NCBI GenBank assembly: GCA_016748015.1 | Contig: JAAOMT010000139.1 | Location: forward strand, 62,001-126,000 | DNA: 64,000 nt | DNA from: Geosiphon pyriformis uo1 | Lineage: Eukaryota; Fungi; Glomeromycota | Direction: 5' to 3' | Shown here: in pieces, positions 25,991-39,810 of the stretch | How the letters are laid out: each line of letters begins with the position of its first letter | Position numbering within the stretch: the stretch's first letter is position 1 | Notes under the pieces: model-generated | Told to the model about the DNA's origin: nothing | The model's database searches: none | The model's input: the letters and a program-made list of their open reading frames with translations, nothing else | Position numbers and translations under genes: made by a program

Positions 25991-26981
25991 GAATATAACA
26001 TAACACAGAATAGTGTACAATAATGTTGAATAACATGTTATAATTTAGGATAGTGCAGAATAATATGTTACAACATAGAATAACACAAAATAACACAGAA
26101 TAACACTAGATAATATGTTATAATATAGGATAACTAGTAATAATATAGAAGAATGAAGCAATAACAGAAATAACAAAGCAATAGTTAAAAATAATAAAAC
26201 AATCAGATACAATCCTGTAAAACCAAAAGAAAGTATAAAAGTAAGTAATTATAGAAGATAGAAACAGACAAACAGATAGATATGAACCACTAAACAAAAA
26301 TCAAATATCCATACCTTTTTATCATTTATTATATTCCATATTCATCTTCTAAAATAAATTAATTATTAAGAAATCAGAATTATGAATTCATGTTCTCGAA
26401 CTTTGTAGAATTTATGTGAATTAACCATTGTTTTATATCTTTATTCCAAGACAGATGCCCTTAATATAACTGCCTCAAACTATTAATGATTTGGACCAAT
26501 CACTTTTAATCACAGCAATTAACAATACTAATTCTTTTCTTTCTTTTTTTATTTTTTTTATTTTTATTTTTATTTTATTTTTTTTATTCTTTTGTGGAGT
26601 AGCAACATAGTAAAATCAACTGTCTGAGAATAAACTTTATGATAGCCTGATAAAAGAGGGAAGCTCCTCTTAAGTTTTTGGATATTAACATTATTTTGAT
26701 AGCTTATCAGAAAGGTAAAAAAACAATGCTAGATTCTAATAACTGTGCTTGTTAGCTCAGAGAAAAAAGCTTACTTTTATAAGAAGTTGCAATCAGCAAG
26801 AACCAAAACTCTGTATCTTATAACCAAAAAACTTAATGGGTAAATTCACAACCAGTAAAACAAGACTTTTAGAAACTGATAATCAAGATTAAGTCACCAA
26901 AATTATACAAAACACATCTTATCAATAATTGACTACATCAAACATTATCATCTCTCTACTCTACCAAGTTTACCCATAACA
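25942..26981 (+). repeat. 3' LTR of element B (1040 bp)
   Basis: Direct repeat of 14786-15824. Confidence 0.94.
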
Positions 26982-29900
26982 CCAGTCTAGTCTTGGATGT
27001 TAGCTTCTCATCACAGAATCAGGTGGGTAATATAGTAATGGGAAAGGGCTTGAGTGAGACCATTAATAGTAAGACTGCTGTAGTTTTGGGCATGTCTGTT
27101 CCTTCTAAAGTAGTTAGATTGGAAAATATATTGGAAGATCTTTTTGCCTCAATTCTAAGCTTGTTAGCTTACTTTAATAGTTTGGTTTTGGCTGATAGTA
27201 TGCTTTTCTAATCCTCTTTTCAATAAGTAGTTTAGTGTAGAAAATTTTATATGTAATATTAAAGGAATGAACAAATCTGTTAAGCAAGAGAATATTATTT
27301 ATTGGCACAAAAAAATAAATAATTTGGTCTTTATTGTCATTGAAATAAAATTGAGAGGTAAGATTTGTTCATAAATTGTGAACAAGTTTGATGGTATTTA
27401 AGTTTTTATTTATGGTTTGAAATTTGGTCATCTGAACTCTGGTGTTGTTATTATAATGGACATTAGTTTAACAAAACATGTATCCAAGATTTCAGAGATT
27501 GCTGATAAATTACTGTTTATCAAGCTGCTTTTTAAGAATAAGTTATCCATTTCAATTTTGAAACTTTACACTAGTGCTGTTCTAGTTGTATATCTGTTTC
27601 AAGCTAATAATGTTAACTCTTTAATTGCAAATGCTGTGGGTGAATTTTTTTTTGTTATCTTGGATAGAAATTTCAATAAAAATAGTTTGCACAAGTGTGC
27701 TAGTTTCAAGAAATTCTTTGATCTGGATTTGGTTAATTTTTTGTCAGGTAGTTCAGTTGCAAAGAGTTCCATATAGAAAAATTCAAGAAATGCCAAAAAA
27801 ACTATTAATTATGTATTTGTCTTTTTAAACTTAATTAGTACAATAATTAGTTATAATGTGTTGAACATTAGTAACTACTTTGATACTGATTATTAAGCTG
27901 TTTTTGTGTCAGTAAATTTGGGAGAATTGCTAGATATGTGGTTAAACTCTCTTTGCAAACATATAAATAGAAATTGTTGAAAGTTTAATTTTAAGAGTGT
28001 AAATGATATTAAATAGACTGAGTTCAAAAAAGCTTTGGTAGCAAATACCACTATGTTTTCTGATGATTTCATAAAGTTTAAAAAGTTTTCAAATTTGGAC
28101 ATGATGTGAAATACTATTTATAAAATAATGTGTCTGTTGGCTAAAGAGGTTTTAAAAAAAATGGTTCAAAAACTATGACAATATCTTTACTAAAGAGTCA
28201 TTAAGATTTTACAAGCTGGAACTTTTAGTGTCTAAAATTGTTAGAACTTCTTGGCTAGTCTCTTATGATAAGTTTGTATTATTGCTGATTAAATGGAAAA
28301 GTCTTAATACTGTTAATGCTTCTGTGATTAAATTTCTTTTTCTTTTAAGGTCTTATTTTAATGATATTAGATCTGTTTTAGAAAATCTTATCACTTCTCT
28401 AAATTGCTGAAATTAGAGCATACTAGGGAATCTCAGATCAGGTTTGCTATTGATAAAATAATAGAAAATTTTGTAGTAAATAAGAGTTGTACTATTGGAA
28501 ATATATTGGAGCAGCTCTTTTACAAGATAGTATTAAACCATTTGATTGTTAATAATAAGCTAATTCTAAAGCCTGATCTTGTCAAGTCCAAAGTAAATAA
28601 AATTATAAAAGACTGGACTCAGAAGTGTAAAGTGGTTACAAATCTTTCTATTAATTGGTTTTATCAATATTGACCTTTGAATTATATTTTTAATAATGTT
28701 TTTTCAAATATAATGTGTTTAATCAATTTTGAAGAGATGTTTGATATAATCTCAGCTCTGCCTAATAAAAAGACTGCCAGTCTTTCTAGCATCTCGAATA
28801 AATTGTAAAAGCATTGTGACAAGTCTGTTTTGGATATGTTTTTGGTGCTTTTGAACTTTTGTTTAATTTATAAGTCAGTGCTTGGTTCTTAAAAAAAGAC
28901 TTGGGTTTTAATAATTCCCAAACTGTATAAGTGAAAAAGCATTTTTACAAATATTTGACTTATTGCTTTGATTAAGACAGTTCATAAGATTCTTTCCAAA
29001 ATTATTTTAGACAAGATCTCTTTGGCTTGTAATACTTTTGATGTTCTTCATGAGAATAATTTTTCTGTTCTAAAAGATACAATGACACAATTCCCTATTT
29101 TTGCTATTGGTTCAGTAATAGAGAATACCTTAAAAAAGAACTGTAAACTGTGGCTGATTTTGCAGAACATACATAAGACTTATAATTCTGTTAGATAAGA
29201 ACATCTCAAGAAAAGTTTGATTAGAGTCAAAATATGTAACAGATTCATTAAATTTTTTGGTAGTATTCACAATGATCAAATTAACAGAGTTATAATTAAT
29301 TTCAGTTTGACTGATGATTATCAAGTTTATAATAAGTTAGATCAAAGAGAAATCTTTTTGCCTCTTTTCTGGTGCATATTTTATAATCCACTTTTGTGTA
29401 AAATCAAAAAATAGAAAAGAATGTGTAATTATAGGTTGAATTTTCATTATGTTGCCAAAACTGGTCAAGCAGAATTTCAGACTGGACTGATTTTTTTTTT
29501 TGCTGCTGGTGCTTTTGTTGATGATACAATCTGAATTAATAGTAATTAGGCTGCCACACAGCATATTCTCAATATTACTAATAAATTTTTTAGGATTAAT
29601 AATATTTCTATAAATAATAATAAGACAATAGCTATCTTTATTAACTGCAGGATTGCAAACCATTTTTATCTGTCAATGGTATGTCTATTTTTGTTGCCAA
29701 AAAAAGGAAATTTCATTACTATCTGGATATTTTTTTATTTTCTGAGGATTTGTCAAAGCCTAGCTTGGTTAAGGCACATTTGAATGTCCAGTTTTTTGCC
29801 AATTTTGTTTTAAGAAAAGTAATTTATAATAAGCAGTTTTTGTATCTAGTGTTAACAGTTTTTTATCCTATTATTAACTATCAGACTCAATTCAGTTTTG

Positions 29901-30711
29901 TTTCTATTGGTGTGTATAATAAATAGAATACTCTAATTTACAAAAACTTAAAGTCTAAATCTGGTCTGTTACTTAATTTTTCCAATGATGCAATATATCA
30001 TCTCTTTTTATATGATTTAAAAACTTTTAAACAGATTCAGGCAGAAAACAAGTTGGCTTCTATTGTTTGTTTTGTAAATTCTTTTGGAATTTTGGTCATT
30101 TTTTTGTACATAGATTACATAACTTACAAATTCTTAGCTAATATCTATATTACTCTTTACTTTTTTTGGCTCATATTAATATTAATTTATTAAATAATTT
30201 CTTGGCTAGTATAGTCCATATTTTTCTAAAATATGATCTGTTTTTGAGTAGTCTTATGACCAATGTTTTTTGTTTTCAGAATGGTACTTCTGTATTACTT
30301 GTTCTTAATAAACCAATATATTTTAAGTGTATTTCTTTGCTTTGGCAGTATAGAATTGCTTTTGTGGACCAACATTGCAATCACACTAGTATAGTTTTTA
30401 ATTGAAAAACATTCAAGAAATAAAAGAAATTAGACCCATGTGGCCTAGTTCCCAATTGGTTCGAGCTTTTAGTTCATTTTCTTAATGATATGGTCTTTTC
30501 TCTTGTTTGTTTTCCTCTTTTAAAAGACATTAGTTTATCAAATATTCTTGGTTCTCATAAATTTGGAGTTGTCCATGATGGTTTATTGGGTGTTGATGCC
30601 AGTTATCTTTCTGTTTATATGGATAGATCTTTGTGTAGTTTGAAGACTGTTAACATAAGGGCTAGTGAAGCTGTTTTTTTTGAGGATATTAATCTTGGTT
30701 TAGGTGTTGGT
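26982..30711 (+). mobile_element. LINE-1 segment 3: ORF1 end (~27211) and ORF2 APE endonuclease, RT and start of RNase H
   Basis: CNIKGMN..KQENII (APE start, ~27250); LQNIHKTYNSV, LDQREIFLPLFWCIFYNPLL and GAFVDDTI (~29510) RT motifs; VYMDRSL RNase H motif (~30615). Confidence 0.9.
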
Positions 30712-31681
30712 TGTTACCAGACAAAATTAAAGATATTGTTTAGCATGAAATTACTCTTATAAATCTTATTATTAATTAGCATATATTATCATTTCAAATT
30801 ATCACTTATTACATTAGCAAAATATCTGAAATTATCATTTAATTAATAACCCAATTTGTACATAACACAAATGTAACCTAAGTGCGATGATCAATCATGC
30901 AATACCCTAAAATATGTAACATTTAAAAGTTTGCCAAAATTTGTAGAAATTCACCAAAATAATTGCTAGTTTACCGAAATATCTAATAGTTTGTAGAAAT
31001 AACTTGTAGTTTGCCGAAATGTATCTTTAGTTCAGCAAAATTGTAGAAAAGAGCAAAGTTCAAGTTCATGGAATAGTGTTACAACAAGTTGTATAAAAAA
31101 AGAGCTTCTCTTTTCAAGAAAATATATCTTACTTTAGATTTATTACTTAGAACCATTTCTATATACACAAAAAGAAATAAATATCAAATAATTTGAAAAA
31201 CCAAATTCTTTAATTATTGCACTTGGAAAATCCCCAAAACCCAACTAACGTTTTGAAATTGATTAGCTACCAATTTCAGTAACACTGTTAGTGACTCCAG
31301 GCCTGAATAGAAAATGTTTCCCTTAACAGAATTCTATTTCTTTTACATTTCTTTTATTTTCTTATTATAATCATTAGGGTAGCTTATAGACGAGATTCCT
31401 GTAGAAGAGTTGACTTTCACAGCAAAGTAACTACACATTTTTAGTGAGCTTTCAGATGAGCAATTCCTAGGAAAGAGTTGATGTTTACTACAATGTAACT
31501 ACACAAAGCAACTGGCACAGAATTGGCCATTCTACTTATAAGCCTAGCAGTTCAAATTATAGGAGATAATTTGAAGATAAAATTCAGTTATTGGAGGTTC
31601 AAACACTTCCCATAGTTATGAATTAACAGCATTACAACAAACATACAAGAGCTAAGAAGAAACCAAAAACATCCAGTAACA
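30712..31681 (+). repeat. 5' LTR of element C (970 bp)
   Basis: TGTTACC...GTAACA; repeat of 39811-40793. Confidence 0.94.
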
Positions 31682-31699
31682 TTTGGTGCTCTTCCACGG

Positions 31700-34600
31700 A
31701 AATAACACAGTAACAACAACTTCAAAAGTGGTGACTCAAACAAATTCAAGAACTCTAGAGTATTATCAGTCAATCTACACCCACTGCAAGCAGAGATTTG
31801 ACATCCCAAACAAAATTGAAACATTCAAGAAAACACTTTACCAGTACATTAAAAATCACATCAACAATTATCTTTTTGGAGACTACAACATTTCAGAAGT
31901 TAGACTCAACTTATATGAAAACTTAGTACATCACTCTCGTCTAAACACTCAGGATTTTAACAGTCAAACACTTGAAACATATTTCCAAGAACTCAACTTC
32001 AATATCATTCAGTATTGTAAAGAGAATTACCCAGTAGAACAGAAATTTTCTCTTAGTTTTGAATCAGAAACAGAAGAAAGAAAAAAAAAAGGAAACAAAA
32101 ACTCAGAACTACTCCCAATACATCTAAAACCACTGCCAAACATTTACAAACTCCAGAACCAGGAACCAGCTTTAAATTACCATTCTCAATCACACTATTT
32201 CCAGCTTTACTTGCTCAACTGCAAACACCAAGCTCACCACTTATTCAGTTTTCAAGAATAGAAGATTTTCAGTCATCCAAAAGCCCTATTCAACAACAGG
32301 AACCAATATTAACCAGCACAAACCTTATTAACTACTTAGCAGAAAATTGAAGTGAAGAGACCAAATTAGAACAAGAAACAGAAGACTCAGAAAATAAAGA
32401 AGAAATGGCTTCCACATATATCGCAAAAATCTCTGAGTTCACAGGAAAAAACAGTGAAACCAGTTCTCAAGAATGGCTTGACAAAGTCTCAAAAGCAGGA
32501 AATGCAAATGGTTGGAATGCTGTCAGAATGTTAAAAGCAATTCTATACTTCTTATAAGGAACAGCCAGTGAATGGTTTAAAAACTTGGAAGCCCCACTAG
32601 AAGACTGGGAAGCATTCAAAACTGCTTTTCTAAAACAGTTTACTGACAATAACACTTCCATTACCCTTCAAAATCGGTTCCAAAATATCAAGCAAGAACT
32701 AAGTAAATCAGTTATAACCTATTTTGGAAAATTCAACAAACTGCTTAGAAGGATTCACCAATTGGAAACAAATAAATACTACTCCAATGCACAAATCTTG
32801 GATCAATTCATTGCTGGACTAAAAGACAAACTTATTAAGAAAGTTTGCCCACATACACCAAAAGATTTAGCCACTGCTATTTAACAGGCAAAAAACTATG
32901 AAATGGCCATGGAAAAAGCCAACCATATCAAACTTGTTAACCTGGCTATTGGAGAAACCAGCTCAGCAGCTAAAGAAAAGATTGACCAATTAACCAAGAA
33001 AGTTGAAAACTACTTCACCAACTAACAGCAACAACAACAGCTGCAGCAATCACAACAACCACAAAAATACCAACCCCCACAATGATACAATCAAAACAAC
33101 TTTGGACCACCATCCAACAACCAAATCCAAAATTGCCATTACTGTGAAATCTCTGGCCACTGGAAAAAAGATTGCAGAAAGCTACAACAAGACCAACAAA
33201 ATAGGAGTAATTAACGTTACCCTCTACCACAGCAATCTTATTATCAACTACCACTACCAGTTTACTATCCACCAAGACCCCAATACCAAAATAACTATTA
33301 TCAGCCCATCTTACAGCCAATCCAACAGCAATACCAACAATCACCCACACAATATTATCAAGTACCTATTCGAAAATTGATTACACAAAATCAATTCACA
33401 TCACAAAACCGATACCAAGTAAACAACAATAGAATCAATTCGAATAACCAATTGGTTCCCTAAAATTCTACTCAACCAAGACCCAACCACTATCACACTC
33501 AACCCAGTTATTTAACAATGCCAGAAGAACAGAATTTTCACTATACTGCACTCTCGGAAGGTAAAGCTGCAGCACAACAACAAAATTTTTTTCATAACCA
33601 CATCATTATTCCACCAGCTAAAATTGCTGAAAATGCCAATCTCTCTGATATCTTTCCTTTCGAGTTCAAAGCCAATGAATCACTATTTCTACTTAGCAAT
33701 GCTGCTGCAAATGAACAGAAAGCAATCACAGCTATGTATACTGAAGCTGAAGTTGAAGAAAAAACAATTCGCTTAATCTTAAACAGTGGATCTACTGGAA
33801 GTATTATTACTTACCAGTTGATACAACAGTTAAAAAGAAATGTTGACTGACCAGCTTAAACAGTAATTGTCACTGCTGATGGCATGAAAAAGACTCCAGT
33901 GAGAAAAATTGACAATTTTCCATTCACTCTTGATGGAATCACCATTCCAGTCAAAGTTCTTGTAATGGATGCTCCTTAGTATTAAGCCCTTGTCGGAAAT
34001 GACTGGCTTCAAAAAGCCAATGTGAAATTAGACTGGGAAACCCAAAAACTACAAATCTCTTATCAAGGACAACATGTTCAAGTACCTGCCACTTGTGGTA
34101 CATTCAACAAATGCTCCAAAAAAACCCCAGCTTTTGAATTTGAACCAGAAGAAGAAAAACCAATAATCGAAACATTCATGGCTCTTGGGTCAATGTCCAA
34201 TTGGGCTGATGAAACTGAACAAGAACATTTTACCCCACACTCTGAACTCAAAACCCCTGGATGGAATACCCTTTACTCAAAGACTGAGCCAAGAAAACAA
34301 CACCCCTACATTCATCTTAAATATAAGGACTGCTACAAGAAACTATCGTCAATAGGAGCTTGTATTTCACCTAAGAAAGAATATAAAAGTCATACCTGTT
34401 ACTATTGCAAGGCCTGCCATCAAGAATGATGGAGCCACTTGATTAAAAGAAGCAGAAAATAGGATAGAACACTCTGTCTTACTTGTGGAAAGCAGCTTTC
34501 CGATAAATGTGACTGGATTGATGTTGCATTTAAAGGAGGAGTTTACAATCAAACTTGTTAATATGCTTTTTTTATTGCAGAAAAAGTAAAACGTGGAACA

Positions 34601-37600
34601 CCTTTCAATGTCACATACAACAGTGCCTTCAGCAAACTCTATCACTACCCCCATGATGCTGAAATGATCTATGAACTTGCCATGGTTTTAATTAACAGAG
34701 GAACCAAAGAAGATGTCCTTCAAATAAAAAAAGCTGAATATATTAAATATACATTGGAATTAGCTGGATTCAATTATGAAGATGAAGTAAAAGTATACCA
34801 CCAAATCACAAGTTACACCTACTCAATCCAAGAAGCTCAAATTCAATGATTAGAGCAAATAAACATTAAATTATATAAGGAATGTATAATGCCATGCAAT
34901 AAACAATAGTGTCCTGAATGCTATGCTCTTAGCATTCCATTGCTCAGCAAAAGCGATAAATACGAAATTGAATTCGGAGAACCTGAAGCAACAGAAAAAA
35001 TTGAAACAACACCTATTTACCTCATTGAAAATCAGCCTGCTTTACAACTCAAATACTTCAACAACAATGGACAAGGAATAAAACCGGAAAAAACACATGA
35101 AATTGATGCTGGATACAATCTACGATATCTAGAAAAAAACACTTTGGTTTTTCAACCAAATTCTCTTATCAAAATCAACTTCAAAATTGCCTTCGAAATT
35201 CCACCAGAAGCAATGATCCAAATCGCTTCACGATCATCATTGGCAAGCAAAGGAATCAATGTTAAAGGAGGAATTATAGATGCTGGATATACAGGAGACA
35301 TTACAATCATGTTACAAAATGAAACCGATAAACTTTTTCAGATTGAACATGCTGAAAAAATTGCTCAAGCTATTTATTTACCCTTAATCAACATTTCAGG
35401 TTTACAATTAGTCAGTCAAAGAGAACAATTGGGAAAAAGTGGAAGAGGAACCAATGGTTTTGGTTCAACTGGACAATTCACAGTTCCAGTAAACATAGCT
35501 CTTAATGAACAAAGTAAATCTCACCAGATTCTACAACTTCCACAACCAATTACTATTTCACCTTTTGGAGAACACCCTGAAATTTACACTTGTGAAAAGC
35601 CAACAACCACACAACAAATTTTTGAGTCCAATGAACGAATCTGCTTGGAACATAATATCTCAATCCCAAATATTTACATTCTAGAAGGAACAAAGAAAGT
35701 CCAAGTTACTTTTTACAACCCCAATAATTACCCCATAGTTTTATTAAATAACTTAAAAATTAGAGTTATTCACAGTAATATCTTTCAACAAAAATTACCC
35801 CAAACAGTCCCCAATTTCTCTGAAATTATTGGACATTCATTACCAAAAATCAACCCAAACCCCAGCTTTGAAAACTACCATGTTGTTATGGAAAAACTAT
35901 CTTGAATCAACATAAAACAACTTGAACCACAACAACAGAGCCAGCTCAAAGAGCTAATTGTAGAATTTGCCAATATCTTTGCTGAAAACAACAATGACTT
36001 AGCAAGAACTGATTTGGTTCAACACCAAATCTATACAGGAGATGCCAAACCAAGGTGACAGCAAGCCTACCAAGTTGCTCTAGAAAGTCACCAATTTATC
36101 CGTGAAGAAGTACAATGGATGCTCAACAATAGGCTTATTCAACCATCAATAAGTCTATAGGTCTCACCTATGGTCTTAGTTAAAAAGAAAAATAGAAAGA
36201 TATGATTTTGTGTTGATTATTGACAACTCAACAGTATCACCATTGGAGATGCCTATCCCCTTCCCTGAATTGATAATATGTTGGATGTCCTTAGAAAATC
36301 CAAATACTTTTTAACATTAGATTTAGAGAATAGATATTGGCAAGTTGCTATGGATCCCGAAGATTGTCCCAAAACAGCATTCACCACTCAAGGAGAAAAT
36401 TATGAGTTCAACGTAATGCCTTTCAGATTATACAATACACCAGCAACATTCCAAAGACTCATGGATGTTGTTTACAAAGGTCTTCTTTGGAAATCAGTAG
36501 TTGTCTATCTCGATGATACTGATGTTTATTCACCATTTTTTGAGTTACACTTAAAACACTTGCAAGAAGTTTTTCAACGATTACAGAAAGCAGGATTGAA
36601 ACTGAACATCAAAAAATGCTACTTCGGAAAAACAAGTTTGGCCTTTCTTAATTACATTGTTAGCAAAGATGGAATTAAACCAGATCCTGGAAAAATCAGC
36701 ACTGTTAAAAACTTCAAGACCCCATGAAATACCACAAAATTAAGAGAATTTATTGGATTAACATCCTATTACCAAAAATTCATCAAAGGATTCTCAGAAA
36801 TCGCAAAACCCCTCAACCAGCTCACTACTAAAAATGTCGAATATAAATGAACGGAAGAACACCAAAAAGCTTTTGAAATTCTCAAGGAAAAGCTGACAAC
36901 AGCTCCAATTCTTGCCTATCCAGACTTCAGTAACCAATTTCAACTAGCTACAGACACTTTTTACACTGCCTTTGGTGCCATCTTATCACAATTAGATGAC
37001 AACAGAAATGAGCAAATAATTGCTTATGCTAGCAGAACATTAAAACCAGCTGAGAAAAACTACCCTGCCACAGAACTAGAAACAGCAGCCATAATTTGGG
37101 CCCTATATCACTTCAACCTTTATCTCAGGCCTAAAAAATTTGACATTATCACTGATAATATTGGACTCAAATAGCTTCAAAACAAAAACACTCAGCTGAA
37201 TGCCAAACAAACCTGATAGACAGGATTTTTAGCTAACTACTAATACATTGTACATCACAAACCAAGAAAACTTCATACCAATGTTGATTGTCTCTCAAGA
37301 ATGAGACAAGATTAGAACATAAAACCAACACCCATTTGAATTAACAACAAGACAACAAACAATGAACCCCGAAAACTACAACAATCTTAAACAATATTTG
37401 GAGACATTAACAATTCCAACAGATTGGTCTGCAGATAAAAAACACCAATTACAATAACAAGCCAAACAATACCTCTTACACAACAACATGATTTATTATT
37501 GAAACTTCAGAAACCCAGACAATTCACTCAGATTAATACAAGAACATAAAAAAGAAACTATTTTATATAACATACATTCAGATCCTTCATCAGCACACTT

Positions 37601-38748
37601 AGGAAAAAACAGCACCACCCAGAGAACACTAGAATATTACTTTTGGCCTTGAATGAGAAAAAACATTCATGAATACATTAAGTCTTGTGATAGTTGTCAA
37701 AGAAGAGAAAGAATTCACCCTACAGAACCTTTAAACCCAATTAAAGTTGGACAGCCTTTTGACTGAATTGGTATCAATTTAGTCGGACCACTACCTATTA
37801 CAAACCAAGGAAACTGTTATATTGTAGTAGCTGTAGACTATCTCACCAAATGGCCTGAAGCCAGAGCCATTCAACAAGCAAATACAAAATCAGTAGCAAA
37901 TTTCATCTATGAAAACATCATTTGTAGACATAGATGCCCAATAGAACTTTTATCTAATCAAAGAACACATTTTGTGAACAATTTAATCCAAGAAATTTAT
38001 GAACAATTTAATGTCAAGAGACCATTATCTTTGCCCTACTATCCACAAACAAATAGACTTGTAGAATATTTCAACAGAATATTGTGTGAATTATTAGCCA
38101 AAGTTTTAACCAATTTTGAGCAAGAATGGGATCTCTTTATTCCGTTAGTGTTACTAGCATATAGAACACTAAAACATGACACCACAAAAAACACACTATT
38201 TGACTTAACCTATGGAAGAACAGCAATGTTACCAATTAATTTTACTGTGGAACCATACCCAGTATAGCCAATTAATAAAGAAAACTTTTAGGAAACACTT
38301 CGACGAAGAGCCTACAATCTTCTTAGCATATTGAAAGGAAAATGACAAATAGCAGCCACCCATATTGAACACTCCCAAGCTTAACAAAAAGAATGGCATG
38401 ACAACAAATTGCCACCAGTCACCAATAAATTTAAAATTGGAAACAAAATTCTCTTACACAGAACTAAAGCTGAAAAACAATGGAGTGGGAAATTTGAAAA
38501 TAAATGAGATGGACCATTTTTTATCCATGAAGTTCTAGACAATAGATCATATAAGCTAAGACTTGATGACAAAATCCTAGCAAAAGTTGCACATGGAGAT
38601 CATTTAAAACACTATAATTCCAGAAACAATCCTAAACCATTAATTCCACAAATTAGTACACATTCCCTTTTAATTAATCCTGAAGATATTTCCCGAAATT
38701 TAGAACCAATAGTTGTCATTGAACAACCTTCCAACTTGAACACTTAAC
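31700..38748 (+). pseudogene. Element C gag-pol polyprotein
   Basis: ORF fragments 31683-32261, 32585-32884, 33518-33850, 34022-34429, 34940-35905 (dUTPase), 36278-36727 (RT) and 37974-38267 (IN) are colinear. Confidence 0.93.
35080..35475 (+). pseudogene. dut: dUTPase domain of element C
   Basis: Trimeric dUTPase motifs 1-5: DAGYNL, RSSLASKG, GIIDAGYTGDI, IAQAI, RGTNGFGSTG. Confidence 0.95.
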
Positions 38749-38868
38749 TTAAATTTATTATTATAGTTATCTCCTTATAATTTAGAAACAATCTCACAAA
38801 AACAAAGCAAAAATAACATAAAAACCCATACACCAAAAATAATTTTCTTTTATTTCAAATTGCTTATA

Positions 38869-39588
38869 ATGATTATTTCTCAAAACATTTAACAATTATC
38901 CTAAAAACTAATGTTAGCTTTAAAAACAATACCCAAATTATTCATTACTGTTACTGGAAACTACATTAATTATACCTAAACAGAAGTAGTTACAAATTTA
39001 GCCCCAAATTCATGAAAATATTACCCATATAAGAAGAATACAAGAAGTTATTCTGAAATTCACCTGCCAGAACTTTTAAAGCTTGCTTTAAGAGAAAACT
39101 TAATGTTCATTCCTATTAGTATTCTACCAAATACTACTATTTAACAAAAACTTCAACTGTGTCTTAATAAAGAAAACTACGACTATATTCTAATATATAG
39201 ATATTTCTATATTGGAAAAACACTTCACGAACAAAAATGGGAGCTTACAGCAGTAAACTTCACAAAAGAAGCTATTTAAAAACAACTCCACAATGAATTC
39301 AAGACAACAGCTGGACCTACAAACAGTCATTATAAACTAAGAGCTGCTTTTAGACTTTATGACCTATTCCACACCTGTGAAAATGTCCTATAAAACCCAA
39401 TTTTACAGCCTTTGAAGATTCAATACATTGGAAAGCTCACAGAACTGAAATTTCAACAATTTTCAGACCAAATTTCTTCAATAATTTTGGATTATTATCT
39501 GGAAATTACAGACAGTACTTGGACTTTGATGGAGCTCAGTCTTAAGGAGGAGGTTATATTACCAGACAAAATTAGAGATATTGTTTAG
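38869..39588 (+). pseudogene. Element C ORF3 (720 nt)
   Basis: ATG 38869 to TAG 39588, colinear with D 59343-60062. Confidence 0.85.
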
Positions 39589-39646
39589 CATAAAATTACC
39601 CTTATAAATCTTATCATTAATTAGCATATATTATCATTTCAAATTA

Positions 39647-39666
39647 NNNNNNNNNNNNNNNNNNNN
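39647..39666. other. Assembly gap (20 N) with duplicated flanks 39413-39646 = 39667-39900
   Basis: The 234-bp sequence appears identical on both sides of the N run. Confidence 0.95.
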
Positions 39667-39810
39667 TGAAGATTCAATACATTGGAAAGCTCACAGAACT
39701 GAAATTTCAACAATTTTCAGACCAAATTTCTTCAATAATTTTGGATTATTATCTGGAAATTACAGACAGTACTTGGACTTTGATGGAGCTCAGTCTTAAG
39801 GAGGAGGTTA

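Larger units (their letters stand above)
14786..26981 (+). mobile_element. Full-length Ty3/Gypsy LTR retrotransposon B (second, diverged family; inactivated; contains a DNA transposon)
   Basis: LTRs 14786-15824 and 25942-26981; PBS T(A)GTGCTTCCTGTGAGG at 15827; PPT AAAAAGAGAGAGATAA 25926-25941; TSD CTAA/CCAG; intact CYYCQKPGHIVQNC knuckle (17425-17466); LILDS protease (~18100); dUTPase IIDAGYTGNI (~19655); RT YLDD (~20877). Confidence 0.95.
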
